This document shows positions 29,401-38,556 of a stretch of 64,000 bases of DNA, in pieces; the stretch's first letter is position 1; each line of letters opens with the position of its first letter. The stretch is from IMG/VR virus record IMGVR_UViG_3300012988_000001, positions 246,414-310,413 of that record; one strand, written 5' to 3'. The position numbers and the translations under genes were made by a program. The notes below the pieces were generated by a model. The model searched no databases. It saw only the letters and a program-made list of their open reading frames with translations, and was not told the origin of the DNA. Source of the DNA: a virus.

Positions 29401-29762
29401 CAGCACAAGAGCTAATCGAACGCTTACAACGCATGAAACCGGAAACGGAGATTGTAGTTGCAGTAAACGTACCATATGACTCAATTGGACCATCGCCTAG
29501 TGCGATGGTTACACAAGCCTTTAGTGGCTTTGATTGGGACAATGGAACACTACGTTTGAGTACTGAAGGAAACTTAGTGAAGTTCAATGATGAACAATTC
29601 GCAGCTTTCCAACAGATGAAAAAAGAAGCACGTAAAACTCGCAGTGATGCGTGGTACAAATTAGGCGGTCGAAACCTATCTTGGGAAGACTGCAAAGCAT
29701 TAGAAGAACAAATGGACAAAGATGTTCACCCTTTATTCAAGGGAAGTTATAACAAGGACTAA
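29397..29762 (+). CDS. ELI-family small protein (N-terminal ELIERLQRMKPETEIVVAV)
   Basis: Shares an N-terminal motif with ORFs at 42984, 45831 and 59042. Confidence 0.45.
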   Translation: MTAQELIERLQRMKPETEIVVAVNVPYDSIGPSPSAMVTQAFSGFDWDNGTLRLSTEGNLVKFNDEQFAAFQQMKKEARKTRSDAWYKLGGRNLSWEDCKALEEQMDKDVHPLFKGSYNKD

Positions 29763-29764
29763 CG

Positions 29765-30322
29765 ATGATTCAAGATATTCAAGCACTAATGAGTCAAATC
29801 TCTGATTATCTTTCTGATAAAGAAGGGTTTACAACAGAGTTATCAAATAACGGTTGTGTACTAAAAGTTATCAACAATAATGTTGACCCTGTGCAGGAAA
29901 CGCAGTATGATGGTTATGAACTATTACTTTATACTCTAGGTACTCGTAAATTAGGACATGACATTGATCTAAACATTCACGAAACCGAAGCAGGTAAAGT
30001 GTTTGCTATTAATACCGAAGCACAACTTGATATCCGGGCTTATATGTCAGATATCAACTCACTAATGGCTACTACTGATGATGCTGATGTACAATCCATC
30101 ATTCTATGTGACCAAACTGGTGACAGTGCTCAACCAATTTGTCTAATGACACTATACAAAAATGGTAACTGGCTACGTCAAGACTTGACAATGGCTGAAG
30201 TACTATATGCTGCTACTCACGAACTTGTGATTGAGAAGCAAGACGGTGCATATGTTTATGGAAAACTCCGTGAACTAGCAAACCGTGTTATTTCTGAAGC
30301 TAAAGAAGCTGAAGTAAAATAA
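29765..30322 (+). CDS. hypothetical protein (185 aa)
   Basis: ORF. Confidence 0.45.
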   Translation: MIQDIQALMSQISDYLSDKEGFTTELSNNGCVLKVINNNVDPVQETQYDGYELLLYTLGTRKLGHDIDLNIHETEAGKVFAINTEAQLDIRAYMSDINSLMATTDDADVQSIILCDQTGDSAQPICLMTLYKNGNWLRQDLTMAEVLYAATHELVIEKQDGAYVYGKLRELANRVISEAKEAEVK

Positions 30323-30334
30323 TTGAAAAAAGTT

Positions 30335-30363
30335 GGGACAAAACGTGAATTTTGTCCTATAAT
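30335..30363 (+). promoter_or_regulatory. class B promoter with perfect GGACAAAAC/GTTTTGTCC palindrome between -35 and -10
   Basis: ttgggacaaaacgtgaattttgtcctataat. Nearly identical to the copy at 58993. Confidence 0.65.
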
Positions 30364-30511
30364 ATAAGTATGAAGAGGTTACACCCCGTGTGTTTAAGTA
30401 ACGTAGCCTCTTCGAACATATAAAATGTTATTTCCATTTTATGGTTCATCCTTTTTTTGATATAATTAATGAAACAAGTGTTCTCCGCTTTATGCGTCTT
30501 GTTTCATTTCT

Positions 30512-30590
30512 GCTGATGTGGCTCAATTGGTACAGCACCGTACTTGTAATACGGCATTTTTTGTGGGTTCAAGTCCTACCATCAGCACCA
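30512..30590 (+). tRNA. tRNA-Thr (anticodon TGT)
   Basis: Acceptor GCTGATG/CATCAGC, anticodon stem-loop ccgta-cttgtaa-tacgg, T-arm gtgggttcaagtcctac, CCA. Confidence 0.7.
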
Positions 30591-30648
30591 CGTAAGTTCG
30601 AATAATATTCTCTGCACCATAAATAAAGATATTACGAAAGGATATCTT

Positions 30649-31326
30649 ATGGAAGAAATATTATTTGAATTATACCGTCACAAAGGTTCGTCATTGAATA
30701 AAACTGATATTGATGAATGTGACAAATTACCATCGTACAATACACTATGTCGTAAAGGCTATAGATTGACCGGACCGAAAGGTTTGAATGAGCAATTTAA
30801 ACAAAGACTTTATGCAGAAAATTCTAAAAAATGCCTTGTGTGTTCAAACGAATTAGAGTATAGTACTGACATTGAGATTAAGAAGTTTTGCTCACATTCA
30901 TGTTCTGCTACGTATTCTAATACGCGTAGAATACGAGAGAAGAAACCAGATAATCAATGTCTAAATTGTGACAAAACTGTTTCGTCAAGGAATGTTTACT
31001 GTGATAGTAATTGTTCAATTGAACACAAAAATAAAGTGTGGTTAACGGAATGGTTAAATGGCGAACGCCCCGGTTATAGTGGTAAAACATATCAACTATC
31101 ACCAACTGTTCGCAGATACTTACACGAAACACGAGGAACCGCATGTTCCGAATGTGGATGGGACAAGAAGCACCCAGTTGATGGTTCAGTACTCACAGAG
31201 GTTGATCACATTGATGGAAATGCATCTAATTGCCGTCCAGAGAATTTACGGATATTGTGTCCGAACTGTCATTCTATGACACCAACTTTCAGAGCAAGGA
31301 ATCCTGATTCAGTGCGAAGAAGATAA
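30649..31326 (+). CDS. HNH homing endonuclease (paralog of 27534..28082)
   Basis: C-terminal 80 aa nearly identical to the 27534 gene (RGTACSECGWDKKHPVDGSVLTEVDHIDGNASNC...LRILCPNCHSMT). Confidence 0.8.
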   Translation: MEEILFELYRHKGSSLNKTDIDECDKLPSYNTLCRKGYRLTGPKGLNEQFKQRLYAENSKKCLVCSNELEYSTDIEIKKFCSHSCSATYSNTRRIREKKPDNQCLNCDKTVSSRNVYCDSNCSIEHKNKVWLTEWLNGERPGYSGKTYQLSPTVRRYLHETRGTACSECGWDKKHPVDGSVLTEVDHIDGNASNCRPENLRILCPNCHSMTPTFRARNPDSVRRR

Positions 31327-31385
31327 CCCCCGAAAATTGAATCGTTCTCCATTTGATTTAATTTTTATTTTCCCTTAAATTGTTA

Positions 31386-31414
31386 TTGACAACAAGCCAG
31401 TTTATTGTTATGAT
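31386..31414 (+). promoter_or_regulatory. class A promoter (TTGACA-17-TATGAT)
   Basis: Read directly. Confidence 0.6.
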
Positions 31415-31440
31415 ATTCTGGCTTTCTTTTGGAGAAGAAA

Positions 31441-31623
31441 ATGTCAAATATTATGAAGAAGTGGCTAGTTGGATTTGGTATTGCACTTTATATCCTACTA
31501 GTGATGTTTAACGTAGTACCGCAGATGGTATCAGCCCCTGATACATTCTCAAACGTGCTAGGTGCAGGAATCTTTGTGTTCAGCATCCCAGCAATTATCG
31601 CAATTTACAAAAAGGTATTCTAA
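31441..31623 (+). CDS. small membrane protein (2 TM)
   Basis: GGAGA RBS. MSNIMKKWLVGFGIALYILLVMF... Confidence 0.4.
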   Translation: MSNIMKKWLVGFGIALYILLVMFNVVPQMVSAPDTFSNVLGAGIFVFSIPAIIAIYKKVF

Positions 31624-31625
31624 TA

Positions 31626-32462
31626 ATGTTGAAGAAAATTCTACTAGCAGTTGGTATTTGTTTTGGTGCACTAGCTCTAACAGGCTGTGATCGTGTTGAA
31701 CCGGGTTTTGTTGGGATTAAAGTCAACAAACTAGGTGATGACAAAGGTGTTGGTGAAGTAGTTGGTGTAGGTCGTGTATGGACTGGTATTAACACTGATC
31801 TATATGTATTCCCTATGTTCAAACAAATGAAGTCATATGACGAAGAATTTGTATTCCAAATGCGTGATGGTACTACCATCGGTTACAAAATTGGTGTGTC
31901 ATATAAAGTAGACGCTGGTAAGGTTAAAACTGTATTCCAGACTTACCGTAAAGGCGTAGACGATATTACTGATACTGATCTACGTCAAAAGATTAGTGAC
32001 TCACTAACCCGTCTTGGTAGTAAGATGAGTACTGATCAGTTTATCGATGGTGGTAAAGCACAACTACTTGATGATGCACTAAAAGATATTCAAGGTGAAA
32101 TGGGTCCAGTTGGTATTCAGATTCTAAGTCTATCTTGGATGGGGAAACCTTCATATCCTCCATCAGTTGACGCTTCTATCAACGCAAAAGTAACTGCGAA
32201 CCAGAAGACTCTACAACGTCAGCAAGAAGTGCTACAGAAGAACGCAGAAGCTGATATGGCTCGTTCTGAAGCAAAAGGCCAAGCAGATGCTAAACTACTC
32301 CTAGCTGAAGCTGAAGCAAAAAGTATCGAAATTCTAGGTGACGCACTACGTAAAAACGCAGACGTTAAAGACCTAAAAGCAATCGAAAAATGGGATGGTA
32401 AACTACCAACTATGATGGGTACTCAAGCAGTTCCATTTGTTGATGTTCCAAACACTAAGTAA
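31626..32462 (+). CDS. SPFH/band-7 (prohibitin/HflK-like) domain lipoprotein
   Basis: Lipobox LALTGC. VEPGFVGIKVNKLG...VWTGINTDLYVFPMF, then a charged coiled-coil region typical of SPFH proteins. Confidence 0.65.
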   Translation: MLKKILLAVGICFGALALTGCDRVEPGFVGIKVNKLGDDKGVGEVVGVGRVWTGINTDLYVFPMFKQMKSYDEEFVFQMRDGTTIGYKIGVSYKVDAGKVKTVFQTYRKGVDDITDTDLRQKISDSLTRLGSKMSTDQFIDGGKAQLLDDALKDIQGEMGPVGIQILSLSWMGKPSYPPSVDASINAKVTANQKTLQRQQEVLQKNAEADMARSEAKGQADAKLLLAEAEAKSIEILGDALRKNADVKDLKAIEKWDGKLPTMMGTQAVPFVDVPNTK

Positions 32463-32468
32463 TACCTT

Positions 32469-32499
32469 AAGCTCCGAGAAATCGGGGCTTTTCTTTTAA
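32469..32499 (+). terminator. rho-independent terminator
   Basis: aagctccg-agaaat-cggggctt plus ttcttttaa. Confidence 0.6.
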
Positions 32500-32518
32500 G
32501 CGTACAAAAGAGGTTACT

Positions 32519-32908
32519 ATGTTTACAGTACAAGATTTTATCAATGTATTCAGTAAAGAATTAGTTATGGGTGCTAGTATGGTTACACACTGTACTCGTA
32601 ATTATGAGAATAGTAATATTCACTATACTGTGTATAATGAAAAATTAGAAATTACAATAGTTTCGTTCAATGATCCTAAGTACAGCCACTATACCCTAAT
32701 CTATGACGAATGTATGGATTGGGTTGTAATGTTAAAGCGTGGTGTGCATGGAATAAAAGATTCTCGTGTGCATTATAAACGTGTATCTCAAGGTCACAAT
32801 CAAGTAACCCCTGAACAATTACAACAAATAAAACTAATAAAAGAGAATATGGCATTTGATCATGCTCACGATATGGTTCGGAGTAACATGAAGAGTGGAA
32901 AAGTTTAA
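32519..32908 (+). CDS. hypothetical protein (129 aa)
   Basis: ORF. Confidence 0.4.
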   Translation: MFTVQDFINVFSKELVMGASMVTHCTRNYENSNIHYTVYNEKLEITIVSFNDPKYSHYTLIYDECMDWVVMLKRGVHGIKDSRVHYKRVSQGHNQVTPEQLQQIKLIKENMAFDHAHDMVRSNMKSGKV

Positions 32909-33320
32909 AATAAACACGGAACAGTTGTATAATAGCTGTACTGAACTCATTGACTGTGTATCAAATACGCGTCAGGGGTTTACAAAAATTTATGAATCGT
33001 CAAATAGGGTAATGTTTGAAAATTCCAAAAAGATGGTAGTGCAACTTACTTCAACGGAGCTAGCTCTACGATATAAAAAAATATCATTGTACTACAGGGA
33101 TAATATAGTCCAATTTTGTACTAATGGTATTTCATACATGAACGATGTAGTATATATACCTATATTCCATGATTTTTCGTTCTATCGTATCAGTACTGAA
33201 GATGAATTATTTCAACTTAGTACCGTAATTGACATTAAGCACATTACCCTTTCTGATATACAGAAATTGAATAGGTTGAGGGAATACTTCGACTATCTGC
33301 ACCTAAAAAATAACATTTAA
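32895..33320 (+). CDS. FQ-motif family protein
   Basis: ...RISTEDELFQLSTVIDIKHITLSDIQKLNRLREYF. Confidence 0.5.
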   Translation: MEKFKINTEQLYNSCTELIDCVSNTRQGFTKIYESSNRVMFENSKKMVVQLTSTELALRYKKISLYYRDNIVQFCTNGISYMNDVVYIPIFHDFSFYRISTEDELFQLSTVIDIKHITLSDIQKLNRLREYFDYLHLKNNI

Positions 33321-33330
33321 AGGGAAAATC

Positions 33331-33759
33331 ATGAAAATCAAAGAAGTAATTGAAGAATTCGCTACAGAAGATTTCTCCGAATGGGAGATGGTACGAAACC
33401 GCAATAATCAAGCTCTATGGTTGCGTCGAAACAATAGTTGCCTTAAGGTGCACGTTCGCCGTGATTCCGATGATCAATACATTGTGAAATTATATCGTTT
33501 CCAAGATCTAGGTGATTTTAGTGGTATGAACTACCGAATTACTATTATTCCTGAAGGTATCGAGTTGTGTACATTGGAGATGAACAAAGACCAACCAGAT
33601 GAGGTAATCACAATCAATGATTATCGTTCCCTAGAATCTGAAGATAGTTTCTTCCAGCAGTCTCTAGTACAGGATATGGGAGATCTAGAATGTTCTCATA
33701 TTGAAACACTAATTTATTTGAACCACTTGGTAATTGAACGTACTAAAGGACACATCTAA
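33331..33759 (+). CDS. FQ-motif family protein
   Basis: ...LESEDSFFQQSLVQDMGDLECSHIETLIYL. Confidence 0.5.
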   Translation: MKIKEVIEEFATEDFSEWEMVRNRNNQALWLRRNNSCLKVHVRRDSDDQYIVKLYRFQDLGDFSGMNYRITIIPEGIELCTLEMNKDQPDEVITINDYRSLESEDSFFQQSLVQDMGDLECSHIETLIYLNHLVIERTKGHI

Positions 33760-34331
33760 TGAAAACCAATTCGATTCATGATGTGATCAAGATGAAGCCC
33801 TGCTTCGCTAGTACCATCATGCGTAATATCACTTTCAAGAAGATGAAACGTACTTCACGTATGAAGTCCAAGCATTATTACCGTGGACGGCAACATGATT
33901 CGTTACGTGTCATCTACGATTATGCTGAAAAGACGATCCAATTCATCCGGGAATTGAACTGTTCCTATGGTTTACGTCATGAGTCCTTGACATACCATTA
34001 CAGTAAGGGTATAGTAGTCAAAGAATTTCATGAGCGTAGTTCTTATGAACCTAAATGGCGTAAAGTTGAATATCCCTTCATCATTGACGAAGCAGAACAT
34101 TTTACACAGAGTTTAATACTAGATCAGTACTTCCCAGAGTTGGAAGATTTTGTTAAAATGAAAGAAATGCTTGCTGAGTTCAAACAGGACTCGTATGATT
34201 GGGATAATGAGATGTACGCCAATAAATGCAAACGCCGTAAGGAGAGTGCTTTAAAATGGAAACAAAAAACAGGTCGCAGTTTGACACAACATTGGGGTCG
34301 GAAATCAAAGGCAAAGCCTTCATCCTCTTAA
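33759..34331 (+). CDS. FQ-motif family protein (motif internal, basic C-terminal extension overlapping next gene)
   Basis: ...DEAEHFTQSLILDQYFPELEDFVKMKEMLAEF. Confidence 0.45.
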   Translation: MKTNSIHDVIKMKPCFASTIMRNITFKKMKRTSRMKSKHYYRGRQHDSLRVIYDYAEKTIQFIRELNCSYGLRHESLTYHYSKGIVVKEFHERSSYEPKWRKVEYPFIIDEAEHFTQSLILDQYFPELEDFVKMKEMLAEFKQDSYDWDNEMYANKCKRRKESALKWKQKTGRSLTQHWGRKSKAKPSSS

Positions 34332-34666
34332 GGAAAGACCTTGAGATGCCTGAAGGTAAGCTAGCAGTACAGGTTGGTCATGCCATTGACCAAGTTTGGG
34401 CTTACGCACATTCTGGTAACTGTAGCAGTACTGAAGAATCTGATTTTCAAGAGTGGGTTAATCACGGTCGTCGTAAAATCCTCTTGCGTCTGAAGGACGA
34501 AAGTGATATGATTAAGGTCAAGTCAAAATTGGAAGCCGAAGGGGTTTCAGTCTTTGATGTTTACGACTTCGGGATCAACTTCTTCGACGGCTTAACATAT
34601 ACGGGTCTGGTGGTATTCCCAACAGACAATGAAATCAAAGCATTAAAACGTGTGAGGGTTTACTAA
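34256..34666 (+). CDS. PTH2-type peptidyl-tRNA hydrolase
   Basis: KAFILLRKDLEMPEGKLAVQVGHA matches the PTH2 motif [24 protein letters not shown]. C-terminal DVYDFGINFFDGLTYTGLVVFP matches [21 protein letters not shown]. Confidence 0.65.
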   Translation: METKNRSQFDTTLGSEIKGKAFILLRKDLEMPEGKLAVQVGHAIDQVWAYAHSGNCSSTEESDFQEWVNHGRRKILLRLKDESDMIKVKSKLEAEGVSVFDVYDFGINFFDGLTYTGLVVFPTDNEIKALKRVRVY

Positions 34667-35061
34667 TGTTATTACAACGTCATAACGGTTTGTTCTTAGG
34701 TATTCTTCTGGGTGTTTGGCTTGCTGGTAACTTTGTACATTGGGTTATCGATGTTGAAGCACCAAACCAAGAACTTGTAGAGAAAGCTCGCCGTGAAAAT
34801 GAAGCTGCACAACCACCTAAGCCACCTGAGCCTAAACGCAACGATACTGGCTTGTATGCTGAAGTACTAGACATGTTACCTTCATGCCGTGGTAATGAAG
34901 AGAAGAGTACTGGCGACAAGTTCTATCTATGCCCTAATGGGTCTAAAATTACACAAATTAACTGGAGCCGTTTAGGTGGCGACCGTAAAGGGGTGGTAAC
35001 TCGTTACTTTAACCCAGAAGGGCAATTAATCCTAATCTACGGTCATCCTGACGACGAATAA
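34666..35061 (+). CDS. membrane-anchored protein (N-terminal TM, 131 aa)
   Basis: LFLGILLGVWLAGNFVHWVI TM segment. Confidence 0.45.
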   Translation: MLLQRHNGLFLGILLGVWLAGNFVHWVIDVEAPNQELVEKARRENEAAQPPKPPEPKRNDTGLYAEVLDMLPSCRGNEEKSTGDKFYLCPNGSKITQINWSRLGGDRKGVVTRYFNPEGQLILIYGHPDDE

Positions 35062-35070
35062 GGATTAACG

Positions 35071-35379
35071 ATGTTCACAGCAATACCACATAAAGATAAA
35101 GAACAACCAATGTCTAAATTTGGTTTGGAAATTGTAACTGATCATGCACAAGTGATGGTAAAAACATCATCTGGACACAAAGTACTAGACCTCTATGTGC
35201 GTAATAGTAATGGTCAGCTTTATGCAAAGAATGGTCAGTACTTCATTTGTCTAATGCGTTCTGGTGTAACCAGTAATTCCAAGATTACATGGGTTGAACT
35301 AGATGGAATAGATGAAGTATATGACAAATGTTACCTAACGTACTTTCAACCGATGGATGGCATGAATGAAAAAAATTAA
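35071..35379 (+). CDS. hypothetical protein
   Basis: ORF. Confidence 0.4.
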   Translation: MFTAIPHKDKEQPMSKFGLEIVTDHAQVMVKTSSGHKVLDLYVRNSNGQLYAKNGQYFICLMRSGVTSNSKITWVELDGIDEVYDKCYLTYFQPMDGMNEKN

Positions 35380-35554
35380 TAGCACCACTGAATATGAAAT
35401 CAATGTGGCAGATCTCGAACAGTTAATTCGTGAAAAACACTTGACTGATTTACCAGAAAACGCTAAGATCTCTATCACCCCGCAATACCAGAGCTACTAT
35501 GATGAGCAGGTATGGCGTGGAATGAAAATTACGGTAGAGATCAAGGGAGAATAA
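35366..35554 (+). CDS. hypothetical protein
   Basis: ORF. Confidence 0.35.
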   Translation: MKKINSTTEYEINVADLEQLIREKHLTDLPENAKISITPQYQSYYDEQVWRGMKITVEIKGE

Positions 35555-35555
35555 A

Positions 35556-35813
35556 GTGGCTAATGTTGTTAAAGCACGTAAAATGATTAGTGGTGACGAT
35601 CTTCGTTATTTGAATAACTATCGCCACCTCTTTCAGAAACTATGTGCTGGTGTACACATGACTGTGATTACTGACACTGTTCAGGAACCAGAAGATGTGT
35701 TTGGAAATTATGCTAAAGTTTTCAAGCTGTATATGAAAAAAGGGCTATTGGATCTTAAAACCATCACTGAAGTTGATGATGACGAAGAGATGGAAAACTT
35801 TTTATTCTTGTAA
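35556..35813 (+). CDS. hypothetical protein
   Basis: ORF. Confidence 0.4.
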   Translation: MANVVKARKMISGDDLRYLNNYRHLFQKLCAGVHMTVITDTVQEPEDVFGNYAKVFKLYMKKGLLDLKTITEVDDDEEMENFLFL

Positions 35814-35880
35814 GGGGGATTTATGTCTGAACCACTAGATCGTGATGATGATTTCCTAGATGAGCGTTATGGTGATAGCG

Positions 35881-36375
35881 ATGACTAAACTCAAATTAGT
35901 TACGTTAGCCGAACTCGTGAAACTCATGAATGAGTTCTTCGACACTAACCCGGAGTTTCACAAGACTCCATCATGTGAAGTCAACCTGAAGGTGTCAAAC
36001 CCTGATTTTGACCGTGATAATGGTGGTTATGATGACCTGATCACTATTTTTGCATGTGAGCGTTATATTCGTTTCAAATTGCGTGATAGTAAGAACTTAA
36101 TCGAGTATGATCTATCTTGTCTACCGTGGCGTGGCGGGTTTAACCTCAATATCTGGTACGATGGTAAAACAAGCCACATTGACCGTAGTTCTCATCAAGC
36201 GATTAAAGCTCAGTACTTAAGTACTGAAGAAGAATATTTCCAAGCGAGTACGGTTTTAGATTATCGTGGTGTAACGTTGGAAACGATCAAAGAGATTGCC
36301 AAATTACAAGATCGCATGTATAATTACTTCGGTCTTGTACCTGTGCCTTATGAAACGGATGGAGGTTTTGTATGA
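35881..36375 (+). CDS. FQ-motif family protein
   Basis: ...YLSTEEEYFQASTVLDYRGVTLETIKEIAKLQD. Preceded by a 22-codon ORF (35823-35888) with a strong AGGGGGA RBS. Confidence 0.5.
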   Translation: MTKLKLVTLAELVKLMNEFFDTNPEFHKTPSCEVNLKVSNPDFDRDNGGYDDLITIFACERYIRFKLRDSKNLIEYDLSCLPWRGGFNLNIWYDGKTSHIDRSSHQAIKAQYLSTEEEYFQASTVLDYRGVTLETIKEIAKLQDRMYNYFGLVPVPYETDGGFV

Positions 36376-36746
36376 AACAAGAAACATTAGACAAAATTCT
36401 GGAAGCGATCAAAGCTACTCCACCAGATGAACTGTACAAACAATTGTTTGGTTTCTATGAGAAGGATTACATTGCTTATCTTGATGACAAGCAGTATGAA
36501 TTCGAAGCACAGTACATCATTGATGCCATGACCAAATCTGACATTACAGAAGTGAACGTGTACGAGGGTGAGATTCAGCCTCCTTCTAAGATGTTCTTCC
36601 ATTACTTGCATAACAATGCCACACAAGGCACTGATGGCGAGTTCTGGGATGGTTGGGGAGCCTCTACGCTTGATGTACCAAACTTCCCATTGCGTTATTT
36701 GTGGGTGAACGGTCAAGGCACTGAACACTTCTTCCAGTTGGTGTAG
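36372..36746 (+). CDS. hypothetical protein
   Basis: ORF. Confidence 0.45.
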   Translation: MKQETLDKILEAIKATPPDELYKQLFGFYEKDYIAYLDDKQYEFEAQYIIDAMTKSDITEVNVYEGEIQPPSKMFFHYLHNNATQGTDGEFWDGWGASTLDVPNFPLRYLWVNGQGTEHFFQLV

Positions 36747-36748
36747 AT

Positions 36749-37183
36749 ATGACTAACCCAATTTTTCGTAAGGTGTATGATGGTAATTTAACGGCAGAGG
36801 ATTTGAAAATGCTTAACAGTACTGAAAAGTTTGTAGAATTCCATGACGCTCATTATCATACTTATGTTTCTTATAACATTAATAAGATAACGGGCGGTAA
36901 GAGTCTTTATCAGATTAAAAAGGATCATATTGATCAGCAGCACAAAATTGAACGTGAATGGTATCAAGCATATCCACAGATTGGAGAACGGGTTGTTTTC
37001 CGTAGTGTAGATGCACAAGATAATATTCATGATGGGTTTGGGATTGTTGAGAAGGTTCACGCTCACGATTTCCGTACTGGGTATGCTTTGTATACCGTGA
37101 AATTAGAGGAAGGTGATGATACATATCAATTGTATTGTAACCGTCCGGGACAAGAAGATAAGGAATGGATTAGGCGTGCTTAA
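36749..37183 (+). CDS. hypothetical protein
   Basis: ORF. Confidence 0.45.
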   Translation: MTNPIFRKVYDGNLTAEDLKMLNSTEKFVEFHDAHYHTYVSYNINKITGGKSLYQIKKDHIDQQHKIEREWYQAYPQIGERVVFRSVDAQDNIHDGFGIVEKVHAHDFRTGYALYTVKLEEGDDTYQLYCNRPGQEDKEWIRRA

Positions 37184-37388
37184 ACCAAATGTATTTTACG
37201 CAGGGCATAATACCCTAACCAATGAAGTATTCACTGAATCTATGTATCGCCATCGTATTGATACATATGATTATATGGTAATGTCCTTTGGTGAAGATTG
37301 GGAAGAATCCCGTCCATATCTTACAATTAAACTATGTGAGGTAGTGTTCGTTGGAACAGAAAATCAAAGTGAAGGGAACGGTAACTGA
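37174..37388 (+). CDS. hypothetical protein (GTG start with AAGGA RBS)
   Basis: Start is uncertain. Confidence 0.3.
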
Positions 37389-37689
37389 AGTTAAGGTTGT
37401 CGAAGTTGAATTGTATCCTGATGAATTAGTTAAAAAGGCTATGCCACATTTAACAGTCGATGATACAATTCAAGCTATCAAGAATCATATGGAACGTAGG
37501 TTTCGTGAAAACGATCCTGACCTTCCCAGTGGTGCAGAAATCAACTGGTATAGAAAGGTATGGGAGAAATACTCCTTTACTGATTACCACAAAAATGCTG
37601 ACGTGTATGAGGATATTCGTAAATTCAATTCTGAAGAGTTACAATACATTCTAGCAATTGAATCTATCTATCATGTACTAAACAACTAA
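37351..37689 (+). CDS. hypothetical protein (start uncertain, possibly ATG 37441)
   Basis: ORF. Confidence 0.35.
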   Translation: MEQKIKVKGTVTEVKVVEVELYPDELVKKAMPHLTVDDTIQAIKNHMERRFRENDPDLPSGAEINWYRKVWEKYSFTDYHKNADVYEDIRKFNSEELQYILAIESIYHVLNN

Positions 37690-37710
37690 TGCCGCTCTGC
37701 GGCATTTTTC
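37689..37710 (+). terminator. rho-independent terminator (atgccgc-tct-gcggcat plus ttttc)
   Basis: The hairpin contains the ATG used by the ORF track as the start of the next gene. Confidence 0.5.
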
Positions 37711-37721
37711 GTAGGAAAATT

Positions 37722-38192
37722 ATGAAAACTAAACCACTTACGCAGATGAAAAAATTCTACGCAGTAAAAGATGAAGTAGTGGATAGAATGATTGAGATTC
37801 GTAGCCGCCCTCTTTCACCGGAAACAAGATATACATACATTAGACCACACAAATCAAGTTTAATCTATTTTGGATGCCCCGGACTTATTGAAGAAATGTC
37901 ATTTTGCATTGAAATGGAATATAACGGTGTTCTAATGATATTCTTCTATGATCCTATTTCAGACGATAGGGTTGAGTATACTTTTGCATTCAATTGGTCT
38001 GAAGACGAAATTGAAGATGGGACTGACGAATTCTTTATTGATGTGGACATTGATGATGCGGGTCTATTCCAAGAGAGTACCATAAACGATATTCAATTCT
38101 TAACAGTAGAACTACACCAAGCATTGGTTAAGTACTGTCTAGATGTGCGAGAAGCACTAAGGATTAAACTTGAACATGATGAAAGCGTTTGA
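37722..38192 (+). CDS. FQ-motif family protein
   Basis: ...DDAGLFQESTINDIQFLTVELHQALVKY. Start placed after the terminator with a GGAAAA RBS. Confidence 0.5.
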   Translation: MKTKPLTQMKKFYAVKDEVVDRMIEIRSRPLSPETRYTYIRPHKSSLIYFGCPGLIEEMSFCIEMEYNGVLMIFFYDPISDDRVEYTFAFNWSEDEIEDGTDEFFIDVDIDDAGLFQESTINDIQFLTVELHQALVKYCLDVREALRIKLEHDESV

Positions 38193-38556
38193 AGAGATTA
38201 GAATTCTCTTGAAACAAGATGTGTATGACAAAGTAACCCCAGACCGCCACGCTGAATTTATTGCTGATTATCCGATAACAGATCACATTGATGCTATGTG
38301 TACAAAAGATGTTGTTGAGTACTCATGGCATGAGAGGAATGGTTCATATGCATACTTGAATGTAATGATATTTCGTGATGGTAGAATTTGGGTGCTATAT
38401 AATCCAGAAGGGAAGATTGGTGCTGGTATTCACCTGAAGTTTAAAATTCACAGTACTGAAGAAGATTTATTCATGCTCAGTACTGTACAAGATGATTTGG
38501 GACTTGGCTTAGAACAGCTTAAAGTCTGTAACTGGATATGGGAGATGTATTTTTGA
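38170..38556 (+). CDS. FQ-motif family protein
   Basis: ...IHSTEEDLFMLSTVQDDLGLGLEQLKV. Confidence 0.5.
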   Translation: MNMMKAFEEIRILLKQDVYDKVTPDRHAEFIADYPITDHIDAMCTKDVVEYSWHERNGSYAYLNVMIFRDGRIWVLYNPEGKIGAGIHLKFKIHSTEEDLFMLSTVQDDLGLGLEQLKVCNWIWEMYF

